Shown piece by piece: positions 7,455 through 16,900 of a stretch of DNA of 17,057 bases; positions within the stretch are counted from its first letter, which is position 1; every line of letters begins with the position of its first letter. The position numbers and the translations under genes are program-made. Under the pieces are notes generated by a model that had not been told where the DNA came from, ran no database searches, and worked only from the letters and a program-made list of their open reading frames with translations. The stretch is from an uncultured Candidatus Poseidoniales archaeon (GTDB lineage: Archaea > Thermoplasmatota > Poseidoniia > Poseidoniales > CAYMED01), in the NCBI GenBank assembly GCA_964389655.1, contig CAYMED010000027.1, positions 3,452 to 20,508 of the forward strand, read 5' to 3'.

Positions 7455-9170
7455 ATGCCTACAATTACTGTGCCAGAGACCATATTTAGGAGACTCCTTG
7501 AAAAGCGTGGAATTGTACTTAACCGTGCTGAGATATTGGAGAAACTTCCACTCATAGGAGTGGACATCGGAGGCTGGACTGAAGAGGGCCTCGAAATCGA
7601 AGTGTTCCCAGATCGCCCAGACATGCTCAGTCCTGAAACACTTGTCCGAGTGATAGCACCATTTCTATATGGTGAGAAGATATCACCACATCTCAAGATT
7701 AAAGATGCCACAACTGCAATAACTGTCGATGAAGAGTTGTCACAAATACGCCCCGTCATACTGGCCGCGATCATCAGAAATGTCAATTTAGGGTCGAATG
7801 AGGAAGAACGAGATCACTTTGTTAAATCAATGATGGACCATCAAGAAAAATTACATCACGCACTTGGAAGAGGGAGAAAAAGGGCATCAATCGGCGTACA
7901 TGATTTGGCATATCTCAAACCACCTTTTCGCACAATTGCGGCGCCTAAAACATACTCGTTCGTGCCACTAGGTGAAAATAACCCGATGACGATAGATGAA
8001 ATTCTCTCTAAACATCCAAAAGGCATTGATTATGCACACCTGCTAGAGGGAATGTCTCATGTCCCATTAATACTCGATTCTGAGGAACAAGTCCTTTCAT
8101 TCCCCCCCATCATCAATGGCCGTATTACCACAATCAGTACTACAACGCGCGACGTTCTGATCGACGTTACCGGTTGGGATACCCGCGCGTGCACCGCGAG
8201 TTTGTTACTGATGTGTTTGCAATTTTTGGAACATGGTGGCCAAATCGAAGCAGTCGAAGTATTGGGTGCTGGCCGAGATACAGTAGCCACACCATCGGCT
8301 GAAGCAACGACGTGGAAAATTGATCCCCTTGCCATCAGCAATCTCCTTGGCATCGATCTAGGAGCAGAAGAAATTGCAGTAGCACTCGAAAGAATGGGAG
8401 GTGTGCTCGAACAGGAAACGAGTGCCGGGAACCTCTCCGCTCGGATGCCTGCTTGGAGAGCAGATCTATTGCATCCAATCGACATCGTCGAAGATGTTGC
8501 AATTGGGCATGGATATGAAAAAATCGGAAATGCAGACCCACGCACTCCAATGACGGGTTCGGAATTACCCATACAAGTATTTGACCGTAGGATTCGATTA
8601 TCCCTCCAAGGCGCTGGTTTCTCCCAAGTACAATCACTTTCACTATCATCGGAGAATATTGAATTTGATGCGCTGGAATGGGCCCCTCTGGGGTCCGTCA
8701 CAAAAATTGAAAACGAGATTAGCAAGGACCATACAATCCTTCGTCAGCGCATCACGCCTGGACTTCTTGGTTTGTTGGCTACCAATCGCCACAATGACCT
8801 CCCACAGCGAATTTATGAATCTGGGACCGTGGTCATCGATGGCAGAAACCAGCGTCGGATGGGATGGTCCGCATGTGAAAGAACATCTGGTTTTGCTAGA
8901 AGTAGAGGGCTTGTACAACGCCTTCTGTTAGACCTTGGAATCAGTGTAAAGAGTGTTGACATCACGCCTTGCAACGCTGGGCCATGGATCAATGGGCGAG
9001 GTGCCTCGGTCGAAATCAATGGAACAAATGTGGGATTTTTTGGCGAAATTAGCCCCCTTATTGCAGAGTCCTTCGACCTGCATGCACCAATCCATTCCGG
9101 TGAAATCGATTTGGAGGCTTTGTCCCGAATTGTGAAAGACCCCATTACAGGAAATGTGCTGCTTTCGTGA
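7455..9170 (+). CDS. pheT: Phenylalanine--tRNA ligase beta subunit (archaeal type)
   Basis: MPTI start, FPDRPDMLSPE, QEKLHHALGRGRKRASIGVHD, VLSFPPIING, DVTG, PAWRADLLHPIDIVEDVAIGHGY, NRHNDLPQRIYESG. The 571-aa length is typical of archaeal PheT. Confidence 0.96.
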   Translation: MPTITVPETIFRRLLEKRGIVLNRAEILEKLPLIGVDIGGWTEEGLEIEVFPDRPDMLSPETLVRVIAPFLYGEKISPHLKIKDATTAITVDEELSQIRPVILAAIIRNVNLGSNEEERDHFVKSMMDHQEKLHHALGRGRKRASIGVHDLAYLKPPFRTIAAPKTYSFVPLGENNPMTIDEILSKHPKGIDYAHLLEGMSHVPLILDSEEQVLSFPPIINGRITTISTTTRDVLIDVTGWDTRACTASLLLMCLQFLEHGGQIEAVEVLGAGRDTVATPSAEATTWKIDPLAISNLLGIDLGAEEIAVALERMGGVLEQETSAGNLSARMPAWRADLLHPIDIVEDVAIGHGYEKIGNADPRTPMTGSELPIQVFDRRIRLSLQGAGFSQVQSLSLSSENIEFDALEWAPLGSVTKIENEISKDHTILRQRITPGLLGLLATNRHNDLPQRIYESGTVVIDGRNQRRMGWSACERTSGFARSRGLVQRLLLDLGISVKSVDITPCNAGPWINGRGASVEINGTNVGFFGEISPLIAESFDLHAPIHSGEIDLEALSRIVKDPITGNVLLS

Positions 9171-9249
9171 AAATTGATTTGTGAGTAAATGTACTGAAAG
9201 ACAGACATTGACCGAGTGATTTCAAGGGTATTCAGCCACCCGGCTTGCT

Positions 9250-11418
9250 GTGGAAAATCGCTGGGCCGCCATTGCCTTTGCCGCGTTGATCATGCCAATT
9301 TGTTCGATTTCTGCACAAGGGTCTTCTGATTCTGCCATCGGGATGAAAATTTTGAGCGACTCCAATAGTGTATGGGCGAATGGCACACTGAATATTACCA
9401 TCATTCTTTGGAATAATGGAACTGATCCTGTCCAAATGAGTCTCTTTGGGCAGGCAGATCCAGACATCCAACTTGTGGGCATTCCCTCTAGTGAATTTTC
9501 AGTTTACCCAGGTGGATCACATGCACCGATCACGGTCCGGGTTCATGCATTAACCTCCGCCACATATGGATACACATCGGCATCAATTCAGGCAATTCCT
9601 GATGGGGACTCCAATTTGAAAATCCAGCAAGACGTCGCTTTCAGAGTCCTTGTACCTTCCAAATTGCGCATCGAACGCTCTGCAATTGGGTGGCCTGAGA
9701 ATATTGAACCGGGAACAAATTATTCTACACTGGTGAGAATCTCAAATCATGGAAACACCTCAGAGAATGCAAATTTAAGCATTGAAAGTGAAGAAGAATG
9801 GGAATATGGCTGTTATTTAGTAGGTGGAGGATCTGCTGAACGCCTCACAGTCGCCCCTGGAACTAATGAATCAATACGAGTTTGGACCATAGTCCCCTCA
9901 CTTTCAGAATCCCGGGCACTAGCAGGTCATGGGCACAGATTCGACGTACTCCTCGTCCCAGACGTAGACCAAAAAACAATGAGATGGTCATTTGACGTAG
10001 GTGTTTCAAGCCACCCCTCTGTTGCATTCCCATCAGGTCTAGAAACTGAATTTGAGATTGAGGCTGAAGGCACTTCCCGAGTACGCATTCCCCTGACAAA
10101 CCCCGGAAATGATGCACAACAAGTGGAAATTCGATTTGCAACAAATCAGACTCCTGAAGATCAGCAAATCCTAATCGAAGGTGGGTGGTCTGTTCAATTC
10201 ATAGAAGATGATCTCACGCCCGGAGTTTACGTATCTCCCAGCACAGTGTCAGTAATTGATCTGTTGATTGCCGCCCCTGATGGGTTGCGAGAAGGCGAAT
10301 TCAATTTTGAAATAATACTTCTCGGAGTTGAGGAAGGAACCGCACGGTCGTCATTTGTGGCAACCATCGTGTGGACACGGAGCCTCTCATTCAATGCACT
10401 CCTTGATTGCCCATCCTATGACCCGCCCTCCAACTGCGAACTCATCGCCAATGTTGGAAATAACGGATTTCTCGCAGAGGACGTACTAATCACCGTGGAC
10501 AACATGGCAACTAATTCGATTACTTTTGCAGGTCCAACGATGAAAAACCTCTCAATTAATGCTGGACGGGAAAGTAGTGCTGTTTGGGCGTTTGCCATCG
10601 TTTCTGGAACCCCTGCTAAAGAAATCATTCAAATCCCACTTAGGCTCTTTGCAGGAAATGAACTCATTGCTGAAACACAGGTTGAATTCACAGTTGGAAT
10701 ACAGCGTTCTTGGGAAGAAGATGGACCTCCATCTCTTGAAGTTCTAGGCGATGGGCGAGCACGCATCGTATGGATCATCCGCAATACCGGCAATGCTGAT
10801 GAAGCAGTTGACCTTAGCATTGCGCCTAGCCTAGAAGCAACTCGAGTTCAACTCGTTCAGTCATCGAGTTGTGCCCCACTAGATGAAGGAATATCCCATC
10901 TAGATATTGGATGCAACTCTGTCGCACCAAATGGCGTGGTCCGCTTCGAAATTGACCTCACCGCTCCACCCGCAACTGTGCTTGAGGCAAAAGATACCAT
11001 CGTATTCGAGGTAAGGGGAAAAGATGCACCAGATCAAGTCATCACAAGACGAACTATCGAAATTGATCGAGATGCTGATGGGAAATGGATACTGCCAATT
11101 TCGGGAGAAAATCCCGAGGAAAAGTGGTATTCAAGTTCCTTGAGTTACCTTATTCCACGAACGTTCATTATCCTAGACATATTGGCAACCTTCGCGATTG
11201 CACTATTGCTATTGCTCGCCATACAAAGAGGCCTTCGACGGAGGAAGAAAATTGGCCGGATGGAACGAGAGCACTATGAAGCACGACGCCAGGAAAGAAT
11301 TCGGGTACCAAAGCCAGATGCAATCAAGCCAAGGCGAATAATCAACACTAAAGACCATGATCGTGATCTTGATTCTGCACTCGATTCCCTAGCACAGATC
11401 ACCAACAAAGAGGAGTAG
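9250..11418 (+). CDS. Secreted, C-terminally membrane-anchored protein with about five NEW3/COG1470-like Ig modules
   Basis: GTG start; signal-like RWAAIAFAALIMPICSISAQ. Module signatures LWNNGT, ISNHGN, LTNPGN, VGNNGF, IRNTGN occur at roughly 100-120-aa spacing. TM segment FIILDILATFAIALLLLLAI is followed by basic QRGLRRRKK. Confidence 0.82.
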   Translation: MENRWAAIAFAALIMPICSISAQGSSDSAIGMKILSDSNSVWANGTLNITIILWNNGTDPVQMSLFGQADPDIQLVGIPSSEFSVYPGGSHAPITVRVHALTSATYGYTSASIQAIPDGDSNLKIQQDVAFRVLVPSKLRIERSAIGWPENIEPGTNYSTLVRISNHGNTSENANLSIESEEEWEYGCYLVGGGSAERLTVAPGTNESIRVWTIVPSLSESRALAGHGHRFDVLLVPDVDQKTMRWSFDVGVSSHPSVAFPSGLETEFEIEAEGTSRVRIPLTNPGNDAQQVEIRFATNQTPEDQQILIEGGWSVQFIEDDLTPGVYVSPSTVSVIDLLIAAPDGLREGEFNFEIILLGVEEGTARSSFVATIVWTRSLSFNALLDCPSYDPPSNCELIANVGNNGFLAEDVLITVDNMATNSITFAGPTMKNLSINAGRESSAVWAFAIVSGTPAKEIIQIPLRLFAGNELIAETQVEFTVGIQRSWEEDGPPSLEVLGDGRARIVWIIRNTGNADEAVDLSIAPSLEATRVQLVQSSSCAPLDEGISHLDIGCNSVAPNGVVRFEIDLTAPPATVLEAKDTIVFEVRGKDAPDQVITRRTIEIDRDADGKWILPISGENPEEKWYSSSLSYLIPRTFIILDILATFAIALLLLLAIQRGLRRRKKIGRMEREHYEARRQERIRVPKPDAIKPRRIINTKDHDRDLDSALDSLAQITNKEE
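11410..11415 (+). promoter_or_regulatory. Shine-Dalgarno site for rnhB
   Basis: GAGGAG forms the last two sense codons of the upstream gene, 5 nt before ATG 11421. Confidence 0.6.
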
Positions 11419-11420
11419 AT

Positions 11421-12167
11421 ATGTGGGTTGGTGGCGTCGATGAAGCAGGAAGGGGGGCTGTTGTTGGGCCCCTTGTGATTGCAACACTCATCCTTCCAGT
11501 AACTGACCTTGCTCAATTAGAGAGCCTTAATCCCCGCGACTCAAAACAACTTAGTCCTGCTAGGAGGGAAGAAATTGATAAGGAAATCAGAGAGCTTGCA
11601 AATACACGCAACTGGGCCATCAAGTGTTTGCACCTAACCCCACTTGAAATTGACACATGGGTAAGGGCAAAGGGACTTAACCGAGCTGAAGCAGATGGAT
11701 TTGGTCGACTCTTATCCCTAGCATCGAGTAGCATCACTGAATCGATTGAAGTTCTTGTAGATGCATGTGATGTAAATGCAGAACGCTTTGGACAACAAGT
11801 ATCTCAAGCCGCTGGAAGAGAGAACATTGTAGTCTCGTCCAAGCATGGAGCGGATGCTCGAGATCCCGTCGTAGGCGCTGCAAGCATTTTGGCAAAGGTT
11901 GAGCGGGATGCATCAATCCGAGCCATTTCCAAAGAATGCAACTTAGATCTCGGTTCTGGATATCCATCAGACCCCCGCACCCGTGCCTGTTTGCCGCAGC
12001 TGCTTGCAGGGTCATCCCCCCACCCTGATGTGCGATGGTCTTGGTCAACGGTTTCAAACGCCTGGAAAGAAATCCATCACACTAGTCCACCAGTTCGCTC
12101 TTCAGAATTAAGAACAAGAAATCAGACAAGCCTATTCGACCACATTTCACCTGAAGGGATGAAATGA
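11421..12167 (+). CDS. rnhB: Ribonuclease HII
   Basis: GVDEAGRGAVVGPLV, DSKQLS, VDACD, HGAD...VGAASILAKVERD, GSGYPSDPRT, RWSWST. C-terminal PIP-box-like QTSLFDH. Confidence 0.97.
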   Translation: MWVGGVDEAGRGAVVGPLVIATLILPVTDLAQLESLNPRDSKQLSPARREEIDKEIRELANTRNWAIKCLHLTPLEIDTWVRAKGLNRAEADGFGRLLSLASSSITESIEVLVDACDVNAERFGQQVSQAAGRENIVVSSKHGADARDPVVGAASILAKVERDASIRAISKECNLDLGSGYPSDPRTRACLPQLLAGSSPHPDVRWSWSTVSNAWKEIHHTSPPVRSSELRTRNQTSLFDHISPEGMK

Positions 12168-12173
12168 GGGATT

Positions 12174-12179
12174 GAGGTG
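12174..12179 (+). promoter_or_regulatory. Shine-Dalgarno site for gltX
   Basis: GAGGTG, 8 nt before ATG 12188. Confidence 0.65.
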
Positions 12180-12187
12180 GACACATT

Positions 12188-13951
12188 ATGGGAGCATCGG
12201 ATTGGCCAGACGAAGTGATCCAAATCGTCCACCATCTCGCCCTCCAAAATGCTGTGGAATACAATGGCAAGGGGCAAGTGGGGTCCGTGATGGGGAGAGT
12301 ACTTGGGGAGAGACCTGAATTGCGTAGCCAAGCCAAAGAAATCGCATCACTTATCGCGTCAGAAGTACAACTAGCCAATGCAAGGGCAGAGCGAGAAGGA
12401 GTTGCAAAACTGCGAGATGAACTTGCAGATGCAGATCCAAGCCGCTTAGAAAAGCGAAAAGCCACGCCGAAACGAGAAGGGTTTCCTGAACTTCCAAACG
12501 CAGAGAGGGGGCATGTTGTTCTTCGCTTTGCCCCAAACCCAAACGGCCCACTGACACTTGGACATAGCCGTGGTTTGCTGACTAATTCCATTTACGCGAA
12601 GAACTTGGAAGGTCGCTTAATCCTTCGATTTGATGATACCGATACTCGTGTCAAGCCACCCCATCCTGAAGCATACCAGTGGATTCTCGAAGATACTGAG
12701 TGGTTGATAGGCCGAAACCCGGATGAGGTCATCATGGCCTCAGACCGAATCCAAATTTACCACAAATATGCCGTGCTGGCAATTGAAAAGGGGCTCGCAT
12801 ATGTCGACCTCACACCCGCAAATGAATTTCGTGAGATGCGAATCCAAGGTAACCTTCCCGCTGACCGTGACCTCGATTGTGAGACACACCTAGCCCGGTG
12901 GAATTCAATGTTGGATGGTACGTTTTCCCCTGGCGAGGCAGTTGTTCGAATTCGCACATCTGCTGAATTGACGAACCCTGCATTGCGAGATTGGCCTGCA
13001 TTGCGGATTCAAGAAAAGCCACACCCACGCGAACAAATCGCGTCATCAGTACGCGTTTGGCCATTACTTGATTTCCAATCGGCGATTGATGACCATTTGT
13101 GCGGAGTAACTCATATCATCCGCGGAAAAGACCTCATGGATTCAACAAGACGCCAAACACTTCTCTATGAAGGACTGGGATGGACATATCCTGAAACGAT
13201 TTATTGGGGCCGGGTCAAAATCCATGGCTATGGGAAGTTCAGCACATCCGGAATGCGAGAAGATATTGAGCAAGGGCGAGTAACGGGATGGGATGATCCA
13301 CGGCTGCCTACCCTTCGAGCATTAAAGAGGCGTGGAATTAGCCCCGTTTCGCTGCACCAACTGTGGAGCGAATTGGGACTAACTGCAAAGGATATTTCCG
13401 CCTCCATGGAAACACTATCCACATTCAATGCGCGGATCATTGACTCCACTGCACATCGCGCCATGTTTGTTCGTAATCCTAGACGAATTCGTTTGAAGGA
13501 TTCTGAGCATGGTTCCAAGGAAGCCGTGCATTTGCCCATCCACCCTGATCGTCCCGAATTAGGCGTAAGAGAAATAATGCCAGATTGGGATGATGGATTC
13601 TGTGAAGTGATCCTTGAACCAGGCGATTTAAGCACGGATTCAGTAATCCGCTTGCGCGGTTGGGCGAATGTCAAGGTTGACGACCTCAACCCAGATGGAA
13701 CCGCTAGCGGACGCTGGCTAGGTGGCAAAAGAGATCCAAAGATTGTACAGGCCCATTGGCTACCACTGGGAAGAGGGCGGCTGGCTCAATTGACTCGTGT
13801 TGAAGATGAAAACATCATCATTGAGAGTGGAATGCTTGAATGGAACAAGGACCACAGTGTTGGCGACATATTACAACTTGAACGCATTGGATTTGCAATC
13901 ATTGAGAGAATAAGTGATGATGGTGTTGAGTTAATGTTCACTCATAGATAA
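12188..13951 (+). CDS. gltX: Glutamate--tRNA ligase (archaeal type)
   Basis: Archaeal N-terminal domain (ALQNAVEYNGK), LRFAPNPNGPLTLGH (HIGH equivalent), LRFDDTD, NPALRDW, VWPLLDF, GVTHIIRGKDL, KFSTS (KMSKS equivalent), GWDDPRLPTLRALKRRGI, QLERIGF. Confidence 0.97.
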   Translation: MGASDWPDEVIQIVHHLALQNAVEYNGKGQVGSVMGRVLGERPELRSQAKEIASLIASEVQLANARAEREGVAKLRDELADADPSRLEKRKATPKREGFPELPNAERGHVVLRFAPNPNGPLTLGHSRGLLTNSIYAKNLEGRLILRFDDTDTRVKPPHPEAYQWILEDTEWLIGRNPDEVIMASDRIQIYHKYAVLAIEKGLAYVDLTPANEFREMRIQGNLPADRDLDCETHLARWNSMLDGTFSPGEAVVRIRTSAELTNPALRDWPALRIQEKPHPREQIASSVRVWPLLDFQSAIDDHLCGVTHIIRGKDLMDSTRRQTLLYEGLGWTYPETIYWGRVKIHGYGKFSTSGMREDIEQGRVTGWDDPRLPTLRALKRRGISPVSLHQLWSELGLTAKDISASMETLSTFNARIIDSTAHRAMFVRNPRRIRLKDSEHGSKEAVHLPIHPDRPELGVREIMPDWDDGFCEVILEPGDLSTDSVIRLRGWANVKVDDLNPDGTASGRWLGGKRDPKIVQAHWLPLGRGRLAQLTRVEDENIIIESGMLEWNKDHSVGDILQLERIGFAIIERISDDGVELMFTHR

Positions 13952-13999
13952 GCAATGAATTATTTGCATATGCAGACGTGCTAGAAACAAGTGGAGAGG

Positions 14000-16900
14000 A
14001 TGCTGATACCACATGAGGCTCGCTCGCGCCTTTTGGCTATTGTTGCAGCATTGATTTGCACGCAGGCAGCATTCCTGAATTTCGTCTCAAATGAGCCTCA
14101 AAAAGAGATGCTTGGGACTGATGAGATACCGCAATACACTAGTGGACGTGCCAGTGGATCGGTGGATCTGCATCAGGAATATATTGCTGCTGGCTGGTTT
14201 CACACTTGTGCAATCAACTCAAGTGCTGATTTGTATTGCTGGGGAAAGAATTCGAACGGCCAACTTGGCAACGGGGGGACTTTAAACAGTGCTACTCCAG
14301 TCAAAGTCAATTTAGGAGTTGGTCGAACAGCATTGTCAGTAACTGCCGGATGGGGCCATACATGTGCGATTGTGGATAACAGATCAGTCATGTGTTGGGG
14401 GATCAACGGTTACGGGAGATTGGGAAACGGCGACACAGTTCAGCAGGAGACTCCCGTCTATGCACTGCTACCCCGAAATGCGAGTGTCGTCACGATAGGC
14501 GATGAAACAACATGTGCCCTGCTCGACAATGGGTCGGTCATGTGTTGGGGAAGAGGAAGTCTTGGAACTATCGGGGATGGTGACCTAACCGACCACACGG
14601 ATGGGCCTACATATGCCCTATTGCCTGCTAGCAGATATGCCATTCATCTCTCTGCTGGGCGTCAGCATACATGCGCAGTTCTGGACAATGGTTCTGCGAC
14701 GTGTTGGGGGACAGGGGATAAAGGAAGACTGGGAAATGGGGCTGAGGCAACCACCAGCTCAGCCGTTTACGTGCTACTTAATCAGAGCCAAGGCAACATC
14801 ACAGAATTGGCTTCTGCGTTCGAATATACTTGCGGCCTTCGGGAGAATGGCTCTGTCGTTTGTTGGGGATCAGCCAGTGAAGGACGCCTAGGAACCGGGG
14901 CTTCAAGCGGCAACTCAACAATACCAGTTGATGTGCAACTTCCACCTGGAAGAGAAGCCATTGCATTATCTGGAGGTCATGCACACACTTGTGGATTGCT
15001 CGACAATGGCTCTGTCGTTTGCTGGGGTTGGGGAGGAAGGGGCCAAATTGGAGATGGGTCAAACAGCAATGCACTCACCCCTACATTCGCCGACCTGCCT
15101 ATTGGGCGGAAAGCAACAGCAATCGCGGCACATGCCGAGGGACATACCTGTGTCCTTCTTGACAATAATAGCGCAATGTGCGGGGGGGAAGGGGCTGATG
15201 ACCGCTTAGGAACAGCGGCAGGCCTGAGTGTCAACACACCTGCTTGGGTGAATACGACTGTACCTTGGGCCGTGAATAATGCTACACTTGATTCCGATGA
15301 TGATGGCTATTTCAATAATGAGGACGAATTCCCACTGAATGTCTCTGAATGGAGTGATGCTGATGCTGATGGATTTGGGGACAATACCGACAACTGCCCT
15401 TCCTTTGCTCAGTTGAACCAAAACAACACAGATGGGGATGGTCAAGGAGACGCTTGTGATCCTGACGACGATAATGATACCATAGCCGATGGAGTTGACC
15501 AGTGCCCTAGAGGTGACATCAACTGGCCATCAGAACCCGACGTGCCCCCCATAACTGATTACGATGGTGATGGTTGTAAAGACGCAACAGAGGATAATGA
15601 TGATGATAATGATACTGTGAGTGATTCATTGGATGCATGTCCCCGCTCTCCATACAACCGAACATGGACATCATCCATCATGACTGATGCAGATGGAGAT
15701 GGATGCAGCAATGATGATGATGATGATGATGACGACAATGACAATGTAACTGATCTATTGGATAAATTTCCCCTTGACGCCAGCGAATGGGCTGACAATG
15801 ACAATGACTCCATCGGAGATAATGCTGATCCCGATGATGACAATGACAATGTAACTGATCTATTGGATAAATTTCCCTTTAACGCCAGCGAATGGGCTGA
15901 CAATGACAATGATTCAATCGGAGATAATGCTGATCCCGATGATGACAATGACAATGTAACTGATTTGATGGATGCCTTTCCGTTTTCGGCTAGTGAATGG
16001 CTAGATCATGATAATGATTCAATCGGGGATAATGCTGACCTCGATGATGACAATGACACTAGGCCCGATCAAACCGATTTGTGCCCTGATGGAGATACCA
16101 ATTGGAATTCAAGTTTGTCGGAAATGGACCATGATTCTGACGGTTGTCAGGATAGTAGCATTGAGGATGATGATGACGATAATGACTCCATTCCCGACAT
16201 CAACGATGACTGCCAGACGGGGGAGACCGGATGGGTCTCGAACACATCAACAGACCTAGACTCTGATGGATGTCAAGACGCTAATGAAGACACTGATGAT
16301 GATAATGATGGATTTGGCGATGCAGTGGACGAATTTCCCGCGAATGCAGGTGAATGGGTCGATACCGACGGAGATGGGATAGGGAATAATTCTGACCCAG
16401 ACGACGATAATGATGCGGTACCTGATGTCCTAGATGCATTCCCTGATGATCCCACAGAATGGGTGGATGAGGATGGAGATGGAGTAGGAGATAATGCAGA
16501 TGCATTCCCAACAGATCCAAGTAGATGGCAAGATACTGATGGATGGATGAATGGAGGCACCTTGGTATTGCTGCTAAATGAATCACAAATTAAAGATCGA
16601 GATATAACATTCAATGTGTCGCAAGACAAGTTGTATCAAGTCGACATCGGAAATATTGACGTACACGAACCAGATGGCCGAGGATTCATCGAATTCAACT
16701 ATAGCAACGGGACCACATTTAGATTCGAGTTTTTTCTGACGACAGGAAATGGGGTGTTGGCACTCACCCAAGTGACCCCAATGAATGGGCTGACTGCTGA
16801 TGATTATGCCCAGAAATTCATCGTAGAGCAGTTTAGTGGCGGAAGTAACTTCTTCTTTGATGAAAACAGGTTGATCATTAGAACGAGAGATATTGGGCTC

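Noticed and set aside
6845-7786. 313-aa minus-strand ORF (also 8057..8725, 12082..12591, 13228..13728)
   Set aside because: Ser/Arg/Ile-rich antisense shadows of well-supported + strand genes.
15734-16048. Tandem array as a possible CRISPR or non-coding repeat
   Set aside because: The units are contiguous, in frame and coding, with no unique spacers and no cas genes nearby.
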